Shown in pieces: positions 37,066 through 46,759 of a stretch of DNA of 64,000 nt. Source of the DNA: Azolla caroliniana (Eukaryota > Plantae > Polypodiophyta). Positions within the stretch are counted from its first letter, which is position 1, and the number at the start of each line of letters is the position of its first letter. The notes under the pieces were generated by a model. It searched no databases. It saw only the letters and a program-made list of their open reading frames with translations, and had not been told where the DNA came from. The DNA lies in the NCBI GenBank assembly GCA_043228905.1, contig JBHGNT010000006.1, positions 5,394,001 through 5,458,000 on the forward strand, read 5' to 3'. The translations under genes and the position numbers were made by a program.

Positions 37066-39042
37066 ATGGAGAATCAACAAGAGGCGATGAACATGATGAT
37101 GATGATGGTTGAGCGGATGCAACAAGAACAACGCGCGATGACGGAGATGAAGGCGGCAATAGAGCGGCTTGTGCGACGAAATGGGGAATTCAACGGAAAT
37201 GATGTGTCACGCTATCTACGTGAGTACAAAGGGGAGATGATGCGATGTGGGATACCGGAAGGATTGCAAGTGATATCCTTCAGTCGGGTAGCCACGGATG
37301 AGTTACAAGAAAGAATCTACAAGATACGGCAACAAAATCCAACATGGGGGTCCTTTGAAGAAGCTTTACGAGAGACATATGACTACGAGAGATCGAAGGG
37401 ACGAGATCGACGCGAGTTTGACGAATGGGTGGCATCGGAGAAGACCCACCGAAGTGCAACACAAGCATTCCTAGAGTTCGAGCATCGTCTTGCTCGACTC
37501 TCGGAGCGGGAACAACGATTGGTGGGGGAGGATAAAGTCCTAATGTTCGTAAAATCGATCGATCGAAAAGAAAGGATGGACATCGGGATCGAACTCGAAG
37601 ACGATGAAGGTACGAATGGTCTTACCGAAGATTGGGCCGAAGTCCAAAGGGTATGCCGGAGACATGATGAGAGGAAGATGAGAATCTTGTCAACGACATG
37701 GCCGATGAAGGATGGTCGATTGAAGACAAACGATGGAGCCAATATGAAGGCCGAAATACAACATGATGGTGCGACGGAAGAGGGTGTAAAACAAGCTACC
37801 CTCTTGTCTTGCGAAAGAACGACGGCGAAGGATAAGGCCGATAACCCAAGTGTAGAAGAAGATTTCGGAATACAAGTGTCTGAAACATCAGGTGAAAAAG
37901 GGGTAAGCATAATTGATGTTTCCATAATTGATGCAGTGAAAGAGAGCAAGGAGGACTTGATTGAGGAGGTCACCAAGAAAGATGACATCGAATCGAAGGT
38001 GGCTATGGACGAATCAATGGCGGATGGCCATATCGAGATTTCTCCACCGCTGATTCCAGAGACTCCGGCGGTTGCGTTCGAAAGGCAACGTGAGACCAAA
38101 GAGACGGAAGGTGGTGGAGAGAAAACAAAGGTCGAAGCCGATTCATACGACGGAGAGATAGCTGAGAAGGAGGCTATGGTTGAAATGACAGAGGATGATA
38201 ATACCGAGGATTCCTACCCACTAATTCTAGAGACTTCGGCGGTTGTGTCCGAGAACCAACGTGAGACCGGAGAGACGGGAGGTGGTGGCAAGAAAGGTAA
38301 AGTCGGAAGCCGGTTCGGATGGAAGGTGATCCGGACGGGATTCCGACCCGAAAGAAAACCGAACCGGGCGAATGAGGATTCGACCGAAAGTCGACCCGAA
38401 AGAAAGCCGACCCGAAAAGGGGTCGACTCGGTCAAAACCGATCGACCGAGTCTGACTTGGCCGAACGCGAATATGGATGGAAGCCGACCTAGCCGAAAGC
38501 CGATCGGACGAGACCGATCCGGAAAGAAGCTAATCCGACTCAATCGGAGGTTGGACCAGTCGAGGCTGGTGAAAACGAGGAAAAGAAAGCCAACCGAAAC
38601 CGAAACCGATAGATCGAAACCGGGCCGGAAGGAGACCGACTCAATCGAAACCAAACAACCGATTCCGATTTGGCCGAATATGAATCCGATCGGACGCCGA
38701 TCAAACCAAAAGTCGATCGGACGAGAGCGATCCGGAAAAAAGTCAAGGTTGATGAAGACAAGAAAGAGGCCAGTAAAAGACACTACCACGAATGACAAGG
38801 GCCAAGAATATGACGAGAGAGAACAAAGAATATGGTGGATCGGATGGCGACAATGGTTCGGGTGGAAAGAATGGGTCTACTCAAAATGGAGAGACAAAGT
38901 TGACATAGCGGGACAAACGGAGGATGAAGGGGAGACAACGAGCATCGGCAACTTCGGCACATACCGGAGGATGTGCGGGTTCGGAGGGGGCGAGTGTCGT
39001 AGTGTATTTCGTACACTACGTGAAAAAGTAAAAATAATATAA
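37066..39042 (+). CDS. Element D ORF: Gag-like N-terminal domain plus long acidic/basic low-complexity extension (658 aa from the first ATG)
   Basis: Uninterrupted ORF. The N-terminal FNGNDVSRYLREY...WGSFEEALRETY...FDEWV...EFEHRL...KVLMFVKSID...LEDDEG..GLTEDW pattern resembles gypsy-type capsid domains. The stop lies inside the 3-prime LTR. Confidence 0.75.
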   Translation: MENQQEAMNMMMMMVERMQQEQRAMTEMKAAIERLVRRNGEFNGNDVSRYLREYKGEMMRCGIPEGLQVISFSRVATDELQERIYKIRQQNPTWGSFEEALRETYDYERSKGRDRREFDEWVASEKTHRSATQAFLEFEHRLARLSEREQRLVGEDKVLMFVKSIDRKERMDIGIELEDDEGTNGLTEDWAEVQRVCRRHDERKMRILSTTWPMKDGRLKTNDGANMKAEIQHDGATEEGVKQATLLSCERTTAKDKADNPSVEEDFGIQVSETSGEKGVSIIDVSIIDAVKESKEDLIEEVTKKDDIESKVAMDESMADGHIEISPPLIPETPAVAFERQRETKETEGGGEKTKVEADSYDGEIAEKEAMVEMTEDDNTEDSYPLILETSAVVSENQRETGETGGGGKKGKVGSRFGWKVIRTGFRPERKPNRANEDSTESRPERKPTRKGVDSVKTDRPSLTWPNANMDGSRPSRKPIGRDRSGKKLIRLNRRLDQSRLVKTRKRKPTETETDRSKPGRKETDSIETKQPIPIWPNMNPIGRRSNQKSIGRERSGKKSRLMKTRKRPVKDTTTNDKGQEYDEREQRIWWIGWRQWFGWKEWVYSKWRDKVDIAGQTEDEGETTSIGNFGTYRRMCGFGGGECRSVFRTLREKVKII

Positions 39043-39722
39043 CCGATTTAATTACATATAAATAAATAAAATAAGAATATCAAGATATTTATCACGTGCA
39101 TAGGGCAAGATTCAAACCTTGTACCTCCACGTAGCCAAACCTCAACTTTACCATTATGCTACCTTATCTTTAGTGTTCTATAACAATAGATTTAATAACT
39201 ATAAGTGCTTTATTTGCGCCTACCTTTATTAAAAAGGTAAATCATGTATTTTTAGAGTGCGTGAATATTTTATAGAAAAACGCAAGCAACTAAAAAGTGA
39301 CTCATGCACATCTAGCGTGCATGAGCACTATATTTAGCAAATAAAAGCAAGGATTAGAAAAGCATCACATGCACATATAGTGTGCATGAACATATTAGAA
39401 AAAAGCATGTAGCTATGCTTAGTCTCTCCCATCACTATATAAGGATGGGGAGCACATTGTAGTTTTTGTTGATTATTTTTCTATAATGATCAATCAATCT
39501 AAAATATTCGTGGGATTCACGAATTTGCTAAAATAATTCTCTCTTACTACCTAAATATTGACTAAATATACTAAACTCGTGGGATTCACGAGATTCTTAT
39601 CTTATAACTCTTTATACCTATTCTTTACTAGCCTTATTTGTATTTTTCTTTCTCCTAGTCCAAAACCTCGGCGGTTCCCACCCGACTCACGCAACGATCC
39701 GGAGCCGAAAGGCATGACACGT

Positions 39723-42700
39723 CGGACAGAAAGGGAAGCTAATGAACGTATTACACGTTCCGACGATCACGACGAACCTGGTGTCCGTCGATCAGATTGT
39801 CGACCAAGGGATGCAGGTGTGGTTTACACACCTCGGGTGCTTCATTGAAGATGAGGGCGAAGTCATTGCGCAAGGGCGCAGAGACGGGAGGATGTTTATC
39901 CTCAACACCAATGACATTGGCACCGCTCTGTTCGCGAAACGACAGAAGGTCAAGTCGGACATCGACCTATGGCATAAGCGGATAGGCCACGTCAACTACC
40001 GGAGGCTTCAAGACCTGCAAACGAAACAAGTCGTTTTCGGTTTGCCAAAGTTCAGCGGCCAGAGAGCCAAAATTTGTGAAGCCTGCCAACTTGGGAAGCA
40101 ACACCGGCTTCTATTCCCCACCGAACGGAACCGGAGCCGTAACAAGCTCGATCTCATCCATTCGGATGTGTGGGGACCGGCACAAAGTGTAAGCCTTGGC
40201 GGGAGCCGGTACTTCGTCTCCTTCATCGACGACTATACTCGACATACTTGGATCTACCTCATTGAGCGGAAGAGCGAAGTCTTCGACTGTTTCTGAAGCC
40301 TCCAGAAGATGGTGGAACGGGAATCGGAGAGGAAGATCAAATGCCTTCGGTTGGATGGCGGAAAGGAATATTTTTCCGGCCAATTCACTAGTTATCTGCA
40401 ACAAAAGGGAATTCGGCGAGAGTTCAACCGCAGATACACACCGGAGCAAAACGGTGTGGCCGAAAGGAAGAACCGGACACTCGTCGAGGCGGCAAGGACA
40501 ATGCTGGAGGAGAAGAGCATGCCCCGGTTCTACTGGGCGGAGGCGGTCCAGACGGCCGTCTCCATACAAAACCGCATTGGTGACAAGGTGTCAGCTCATG
40601 AGCTGTATTTCGGGCGCAAGCCGAACTTAAGACACCTTCGGATATTCGGCAGCCTAGCGTATGTGCATGTGCCGGATCAGAAGCGGAGGAAGCTGGATGC
40701 AAAATCGGAAAAATGCATCCTAGTCGGCTATGCTCAAGAGCAAAAGGGGTATAAGTGCTATAACCCCCGGATGAAGGAAGCCCGAGTTAGCCGGGATGTC
40801 GAGTTCGATGAATCGGCATCTTGGTACTCCGTACCGACTCCGACTTCCGATCCCAACCGAATGCCGGAAGATCAGGCTAGTGAGCATGAATCAGCCTTGG
40901 AAGAGGATGATGAAGCCGGGACTCAAGATGAGAGTCCGGAATCGTTGTGGTTGAGTGGACCGAATGAGCGACTGAGTCGGTTGAACCAGTCAGATGAAGA
41001 GACGGCAAGTGGTGGAGACTCTGTCGTGCTCTCCCCGCGCAAGGAACCAAGGAAACGGTTCACGCGCAAAGAGAAGGGGAAGAGGAAGATGCCGGAATTC
41101 GAAACCGGCAACGATGAGTCGGATCGGTGCGTATCCGACTCCGGAAAGGAGAAAGGCAGATCTTCGGCAACGAATACCGAACTGGCCAAGAAGGGCCTCA
41201 AATCAGGTGACGGTGCGTTGCGCCGATCAAGCCGTCAGAAGGATCCCGTCGTGCGGTACGGGTACAATGAATACATGGCGCATCATTATGCGTACATGAC
41301 TAAGGTGACAGAAGTGCGCGAGCCGGAGAGCTACGCAGAAGCCGCAAAGGACGCAAATTGGCGTGCCGCTATGGACGAAGAAATGCGGGCACTCGATGCC
41401 AACAAAACTTGGGACCTAGTTGATCCTCCCCGTCACGATAAACCGATCGGATGCAAGTGGGTGTACAAGGTCAAGTACAACGCCGACGGTTTTGTTAACC
41501 GGTACAAAGCCCGGTTAGTGGCAAAGGGATACGCGCAGACCCACGGAATCGACTACAACGAGACCTTCGCTCCTGTGGCGAAGATGACGACGGTTCGTGT
41601 GGTACTAGCGGTTGCTGCGGCAAGGGGGTGGCATCTTCACCAAATGGATGTGAAGAACGCCTTCCTTCAAGGAGAGCTTGAAGAAGAAGTCTTTATGACT
41701 CAGCCCCCCGGATTTCAATCGGAGATGAACAAATCGGCGGTATGCCAACTGAAGAAGTCGCTTTACGGCTTGAAGCAAGCCCCCCGAGCTTGGAACGCGA
41801 AGATCACGCACCGGTTGCGTAAGCTGGGGTTTGCTGTCTCTAAGTCGGACTCTTCGTTGTTCATCCGGCAAGGCTCTGATGGTCCGGTATGTATACTCTT
41901 GTATGTGGATGATTTAGTCATCACCGGACCAAGTCTTCCCGAAATCAACCGCGTCAAGTCCCAGTTGTCGGACGCATTCGAAATGAAGGACCTGGGGAAC
42001 CTTCATTATTTTCTTGGGATCGAAGTGATCCAGACCCCCGACGGCATATTGCTCTCACAACGACATTACATGTTGAATATGCTGTATAAGTTCGGCATGA
42101 CGGATTGTCGACCTGTCTCCACACCCCTGGACCGGAACCAAAAGCTCTGTCCCAACTCCGGACCGGCCTGCAATGAGAAACGGTTCCGACAGGTTGTCGG
42201 AAGCCTGATCTACTTAACCATCACCCGACCCGACATCAGCTATCTGGTCGGCATGGTAAGTCAGTTCATGCAGAAGCCGATCGTGGAGCACCTTCAGTGC
42301 GCGCAACGAATATTACGGTATGTCAGCGGCACTAAAGACCGGGGTCTGCTATACCGGCGAGGTATACCCGAAGAGCTTGTCGGTTACACAGATGTTGAAT
42401 GGGCCGGCGATGCGTCTGATCGCCTCTCCACTTCCGGATACATGTTCTCCATAGGTAGTGCGGTCGTTGCGTGGAGCAGCAAGAAGCAGCCCATAGTGGC
42501 TTTGTCAAGCACTGAGGCTGAGTACCGGGCCGCTACCGTTGCCACTTGTGAATCCATCTGGCTTCGGCGACTGCTGCGAGACTTGCGGATCGAGGTGCCG
42601 ACCCTGATCCCGATTTACTGCGATAACATGAGCAGCCTGCAGCTCGCCAGGAACCCTGTGTTCCATGCTCGCACAAAGCACATCGAGGTGCACTACCACT

Positions 42701-43596
42701 TCGTGCATGAGCGGGTCTTGAGCGGTGAAGTTGACCTACGGTATGTTCATACGGATCGGCAAGTTGCCGACATCTTCACCAAGCCGCTCGAATCAGACAA
42801 GTTGCAGCACTTTACCGACATGCTTGGTGTTCAGCATCTCGACGTGCCGCACTTGAGGGGGAGAAGCAAGGACAAAGTCTCTACCGAAACGGGCAAAGGC
42901 CAACAAACTGTTGAACCCGTCGGTAAGAGGAGAGCCGGAAGAAGAGGAGACAAGAAGATAAAGGAAGCCGAGTCGGCGAAGGAAGTCGACACATCCGAAC
43001 AGGTCAGAGCAAGCGGCTGTGAAGAAGAGTTGTGCACTCAGGAAGAGAAGTGCATGCTGTGCGGAGGTCATCACGACGGTACTGACCATGATGCGGAGCC
43101 GAATGAAGAATTCGATTTCGGTTCACCGACTGAAGAAGCCGAGGGAAGCATGGAGAAGGCCAAGATACGGAAGTGGTCCGATGTGGTGAGAGGCCTGAAG
43201 CCGAAAGTCGAATCGGAGTGTACCGATTCGGACAAGAGCTGGAACGAGTCGGAGACAGCTGACTCGGATCAATAGATGGATCCGGATGAGTCGGATCGAC
43301 TGAAGACCAAGGGGACACGGTCACAGCGGAAGTCGATGCCATTGTGGGAGAACCGACGGATCGGCAAGCGCCGGAGTCACAGCAGCGTGAGTGCTGAGAT
43401 GGGCCTATTGAGCAGACATGCCGACCGAGAGGGTCGAGGCACGCAGAACCAAAGGGGTCGCGGCAAACGGGACCGGACCGGACGAGGAGCGCGAGCAAGA
43501 CGGAGTGACGCCAGGAGGAGTCGGTTGAAAGAACCGACTGCCACAGAGGTCGACACTACGACCCCACCTCAAGTTGAGCTTGAGGGGGAGTGTTGA
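39723..43596 (+). pseudogene. Copia B pol (GAG-pre-integrase, integrase, RT, RNase H, C-terminal extension) with in-frame stops at 40294 and 43273
   Basis: LWHKRIGH, CEACQLGKQ, HSDVWGP, FIDDYTR, PEQNGVAERKNRTL, QMDVKNAFL, LYVDDL, WSSKKQ and ADIFTKPL. ORFs 39742-40296, 40309-43275 and 43276-43596 share one frame. Confidence 0.95.
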
Positions 43597-45345
43597 GCGG
43601 CAAGCTCAACCGGAGCCGGATCGGTTGAATAAGCCGGAGCCGGTAAGCGAGACGGATCGGGCGAAACGGATCAGTATGACGGTGAGCAACCGAACCGGCA
43701 AGCAGTGGAGACCGGGTGCAATCCGTAACCGGCAGTCCAATCGGAAGCCTAGAATAGGATAGACTACTAGGTATCTATAGTCTCGTAGTAAGTGTCAGAT
43801 GCTCGTGTGAGCATTGAAGTACATGATACTTCTGTCAGTCCCAAGGGGACTTGTATAAATAGTGCTACTTAGCACAGTGTGTAAGTAGAGTCTTGATATA
43901 ATTTTGAAATTACGTTCTGCTCTCTCTCTCTCTCTGTGTTGTTCTCTGTTTTACGCTTCCGCAAACACTCACGTTTACATAAACTATATGTGATTTATAT
44001 GTGCCTTAAGGGTTTCCAAATGGTTTATTTAATACTAAGTATTGGGTGTGTTATAAGTCAGAGGTTCAAGTCTAGATGTGACATTATGCCCCCTTCTACG
44101 CCGCCTTCCCAAACCGGTCACCGGTTTGTGGATACCAGAGATGAAAATCTTGGACCACCTTCGGGGCATTTTGTAAATTCTTCACTGGTTCCCGCGTGGC
44201 TTTAAACATGGGCTAACCCTTCCACAAGACGAGGTATTGCAGGTGTTGACGATGCAAACATGAGGCAAGTATTTGGTCGACCTCATATTCCTCCCTTGTT
44301 GTCAACTACACAAGTTGTGGTGGGGGGGCTTGACGTCATGGGAGTTACAAAGCATAATGGGGTTTGAGGAGGGAGACATGAAAAACATCATGAATCCAGA
44401 AGTGGGATGGAAGGGTCAGCCGGAAGGTGATGGGATTGATGCAATCAACTATACGGAATGGTCCCAACTTATTGTAATAAAGTTTCCCACATGCACGGGT
44501 AGTAGAGACGTGCCGTTGTAACAATCAAACCATGTCGCCGACGACAAAGGGTGGAGTGGCAGAGGGATGGTGATCAACATGCCTCTTGTTTTATTCGTTA
44601 GAGAGACTAAGCTCTAAGGGTAAGTCATGATGTGAACCCTTCGCCGAAGGGTTCACATAAGTGGTAGGGAGGGAAATGTTGAATTGAGGATGTAAACCAT
44701 AGTTTGCAAAGAAGGGAGTGACGCCAATCGATGCATGGAGAGAATTATTGTAGGCGAATTTTGTTAGTGAAAGTAAGTTGACCCAATCATTTTGCTGGTA
44801 AGTAATCGAGCACCGAAGATACTGCTCAAGGATTTGGTTGACACGCTCTATCTAATCGTCGGTTGGGGTGATAGGTGGAGGACAACTTGACAAAGATGCC
44901 TATAGTGTGCAGCAGGCGCTGCTAGAAGTGAGAGACAAACTGGGGTCCACGATGGGAGATGACATCATCAGGGAGTCCATGCAAATGGACCATATTGTTG
45001 AGGAGTAGATGCGCCATTCCTTATTCGGAAATGGTTTTGTGAGCATGGAGTGAAGTGAGCCATCTTTGTAAACCGATCAACACCAAGTCGTAGCTATTGA
45101 CCAACGGTAGATCAACGATCATGTCCATAGAGAATGAGCAGCTTTGGAGCGAGCACAAACCTCACAAGTCTTGATGTATTCTTTGACCAACTTCCATGGC
45201 TGTGGCCACTAGTACCCTCGAGAGATTAGTTCGAGGGTTTTTGCAACCCCGAAATGACCCGCAAGTGGGTCATCGTGGCATTCTCGCAACACCCGGGTGC
45301 GACACGGGGCCTCTAGGACGTATAAGAGATGATCTTGGATGGGCA

Positions 45346-45634
45346 TGTTGAGAAGAACCGAACTCAACTTCCCATAGAGACAATGTTCATACTAGCCAGT
45401 GGACATCATACTAGGCTAGTTATGTAATTAGTAGAAAGGACACTTGCCCTAGACAAGTTTGTATTTAAACCAACTATTTGTAACTTAGTTATTGTTGGAT
45501 GTAATCATATTTTTTCTAATACAACTTCTTGCTCTAAGCTATCTCTCTCCCTCTCTTAGTTTGCCTTATGTGCACTCACACACACAAAGCTCGCTTCCAT
45601 TGCACAACACCACCTACGTGTCTCATTCTTTACA
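45346..45634 (+). mobile_element. Solo LTR related to the Copia A LTR, in opposite orientation, with no matching TSD
   Basis: TGTTGAG...TTTACA. Aligns to the reverse complement of 31772-32075, for example tggacatcatactaggctagtt, cacttgccctagac and tatttaaaccaact. The flanks GGGCA and TATTT differ. Confidence 0.85.
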
Positions 45635-45639
45635 TATTT

Positions 45640-46228
45640 AAATGCTAGCTAGTGTGAGCGAGCAACACTGAACAATTAGCGAAGAGGCCGCACCCTGCAT
45701 CTTGTTCGTGATGCTTACATCCTCGCCTCCCCTCGCCTCCTATTCTCGACTTGCAAATTAGGGTTTCAGATGAAAACCCTAATTTCGACCATATTTATTC
45801 TTCTTGGCTTGCATCCTCACCACCCGCTCATTCTCTGAGTGACACCTACATATTGTTCTTGGCCTCCAAACTCAGGGTTTTGCTGTAACCCTAAATTTGT
45901 CTCCTAATTAATTAATTATTCGTGAATTAATTAATGTTTTAGTAAATTAATTCATTATTAATAAATTATTTAGTATTTTAATTCCTAAAACATAATATTG
46001 GCTAAAATTAAGAACCCTAATTAATTAATTATTAATGAATTAATTAATATTTTTAGTAAATTACTTTGTTAGTAGTGAATTAAATCCTTTTTTAGCAAAT
46101 TAAATAGTTTTTATTATGTAAATTTAAAACGAATGGTTCTGTAATATTCTTGGGGTCATTTTGTCTTCTCGAATACACGAATACTAGGGATGGAGAATAC
46201 CACAAATATCACGCATGGGCCAATCTAT
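45640..46228 (-). repeat. Right arm of the long inverted repeat pairing with 31030-31568
   Basis: Same matching blocks as the left arm; colinear but clearly diverged. Confidence 0.9.
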
Positions 46229-46302
46229 CTCTATCTATCTACATATGATGTTATTGCATCGTGGGTCAAGAGAGGGTAAATGAATGCATGGGCTTAACTA
46301 TT

Positions 46303-46697
46303 GTGGTAAAAAGGGTATTGATGAAGTAAGAGTGGGGGTATTCTCACAATAATTATTATTAAGAGGCTCAAAGTGGGGGTATCGTGTGTAAATACTGAAA
46401 ATCAGGTAAAAGGCTATTTTACGTAGGGTTTAGGCCCTACGGTCTTATGTATTCTCACAGTTATAATGGTTGGGTGGTAAAAAGGGTATTGATGAAAGTA
46501 AGAGTGGGGGTATTCTCACAATAATTATTATTGAGAGGCTCAAAGTGGGGGTATCGTGTGTAAATACTGAAAATAAGGTAAAAGGCTATTTTACGTAGGG
46601 TTTAGGCCCTAAGGTATTATGTATTCTCACAGTTATAATTGTTGGAGAGGGGTATCATTAGTAAATACTGAAAATCAGGTAAAATACTATTTTGCGC
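46303..46697. repeat. Tandem duplication, period ~171 bp (two copies plus a partial third), in the AATF promoter region
   Basis: gtggtaaaaagggtattgatg starts at 46303 and 46474. A third gtaaatactgaaaatcaggtaaaa lies near 46661. Confidence 0.92.
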
Positions 46698-46759
46698 AGC
46701 ATTAGACATCTCTCTCTCTCTCTCTCTGTCTCCCCACAAGTGTTTTTAGAGAGACAGAC

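Larger units (their letters stand above)
36305..39719 (+). mobile_element. Element D: young pol-less LTR retroelement (LTRs 36305-37027 and 38995-39719; ~1.97-kb internal region)
   Basis: LTR termini TGTCGT...ACGACA/ATGACA. The two LTRs differ by about 3 substitutions and a 2-bp indel, counted by eye. PBS at 37032-37049 and PPT GGAGGGGGCGAG at 38983-38994. No protease, RT or integrase motifs seen. Confidence 0.95.
34649..43979 (+). mobile_element. Copia B: structurally complete Ty1/copia element (LTRs 34649-35043 and 43591-43979), interrupted by element D
   Basis: TG...CA LTRs with about 8 substitutions counted by eye plus a CT-tract length change. 5-bp TSD TAAAC at 34644-34648 and 43980-43984. 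tRNA-iMet PBS TGGTATCAGAGC at 35044-35055. PPT at 43579-43590. Confidence 0.97.
34425..45345 (-). mobile_element. Gypsy C: chromoviral Ty3/gypsy 3-prime part (integrase and chromodomain 44100-45345; 3-prime LTR 34425-34648 plus 43985-44083, split by Copia B)
   Basis: LTR termini TGTCACA...TGTGACA and PPT at 44084-44096. HHCC motif RECHDDPLAGHFGVAKTLELISR...CEVCAR. Chromodomain EYEVDQIL...LQYLVLWKG...TREPVKNLQNAPKVVQDFH. Confidence 0.88.

Noticed and set aside
37383-38798. Long antisense ORFs (238 and 194 aa) within element D
   Set aside because: They are shadows of the sense ORF, expected from its codon composition, and show no recognisable motifs.
37066-39042. Element D ORF as an env-like gene
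   Set aside because: No signal peptide or clear transmembrane helix. It starts right after the PBS in the gag position.
46224-46245. TCTATCTCTATCTATCTAC as a Helitron 5-prime end
   Set aside because: No matching 3-prime hairpin plus CTRR found before the AATF start.
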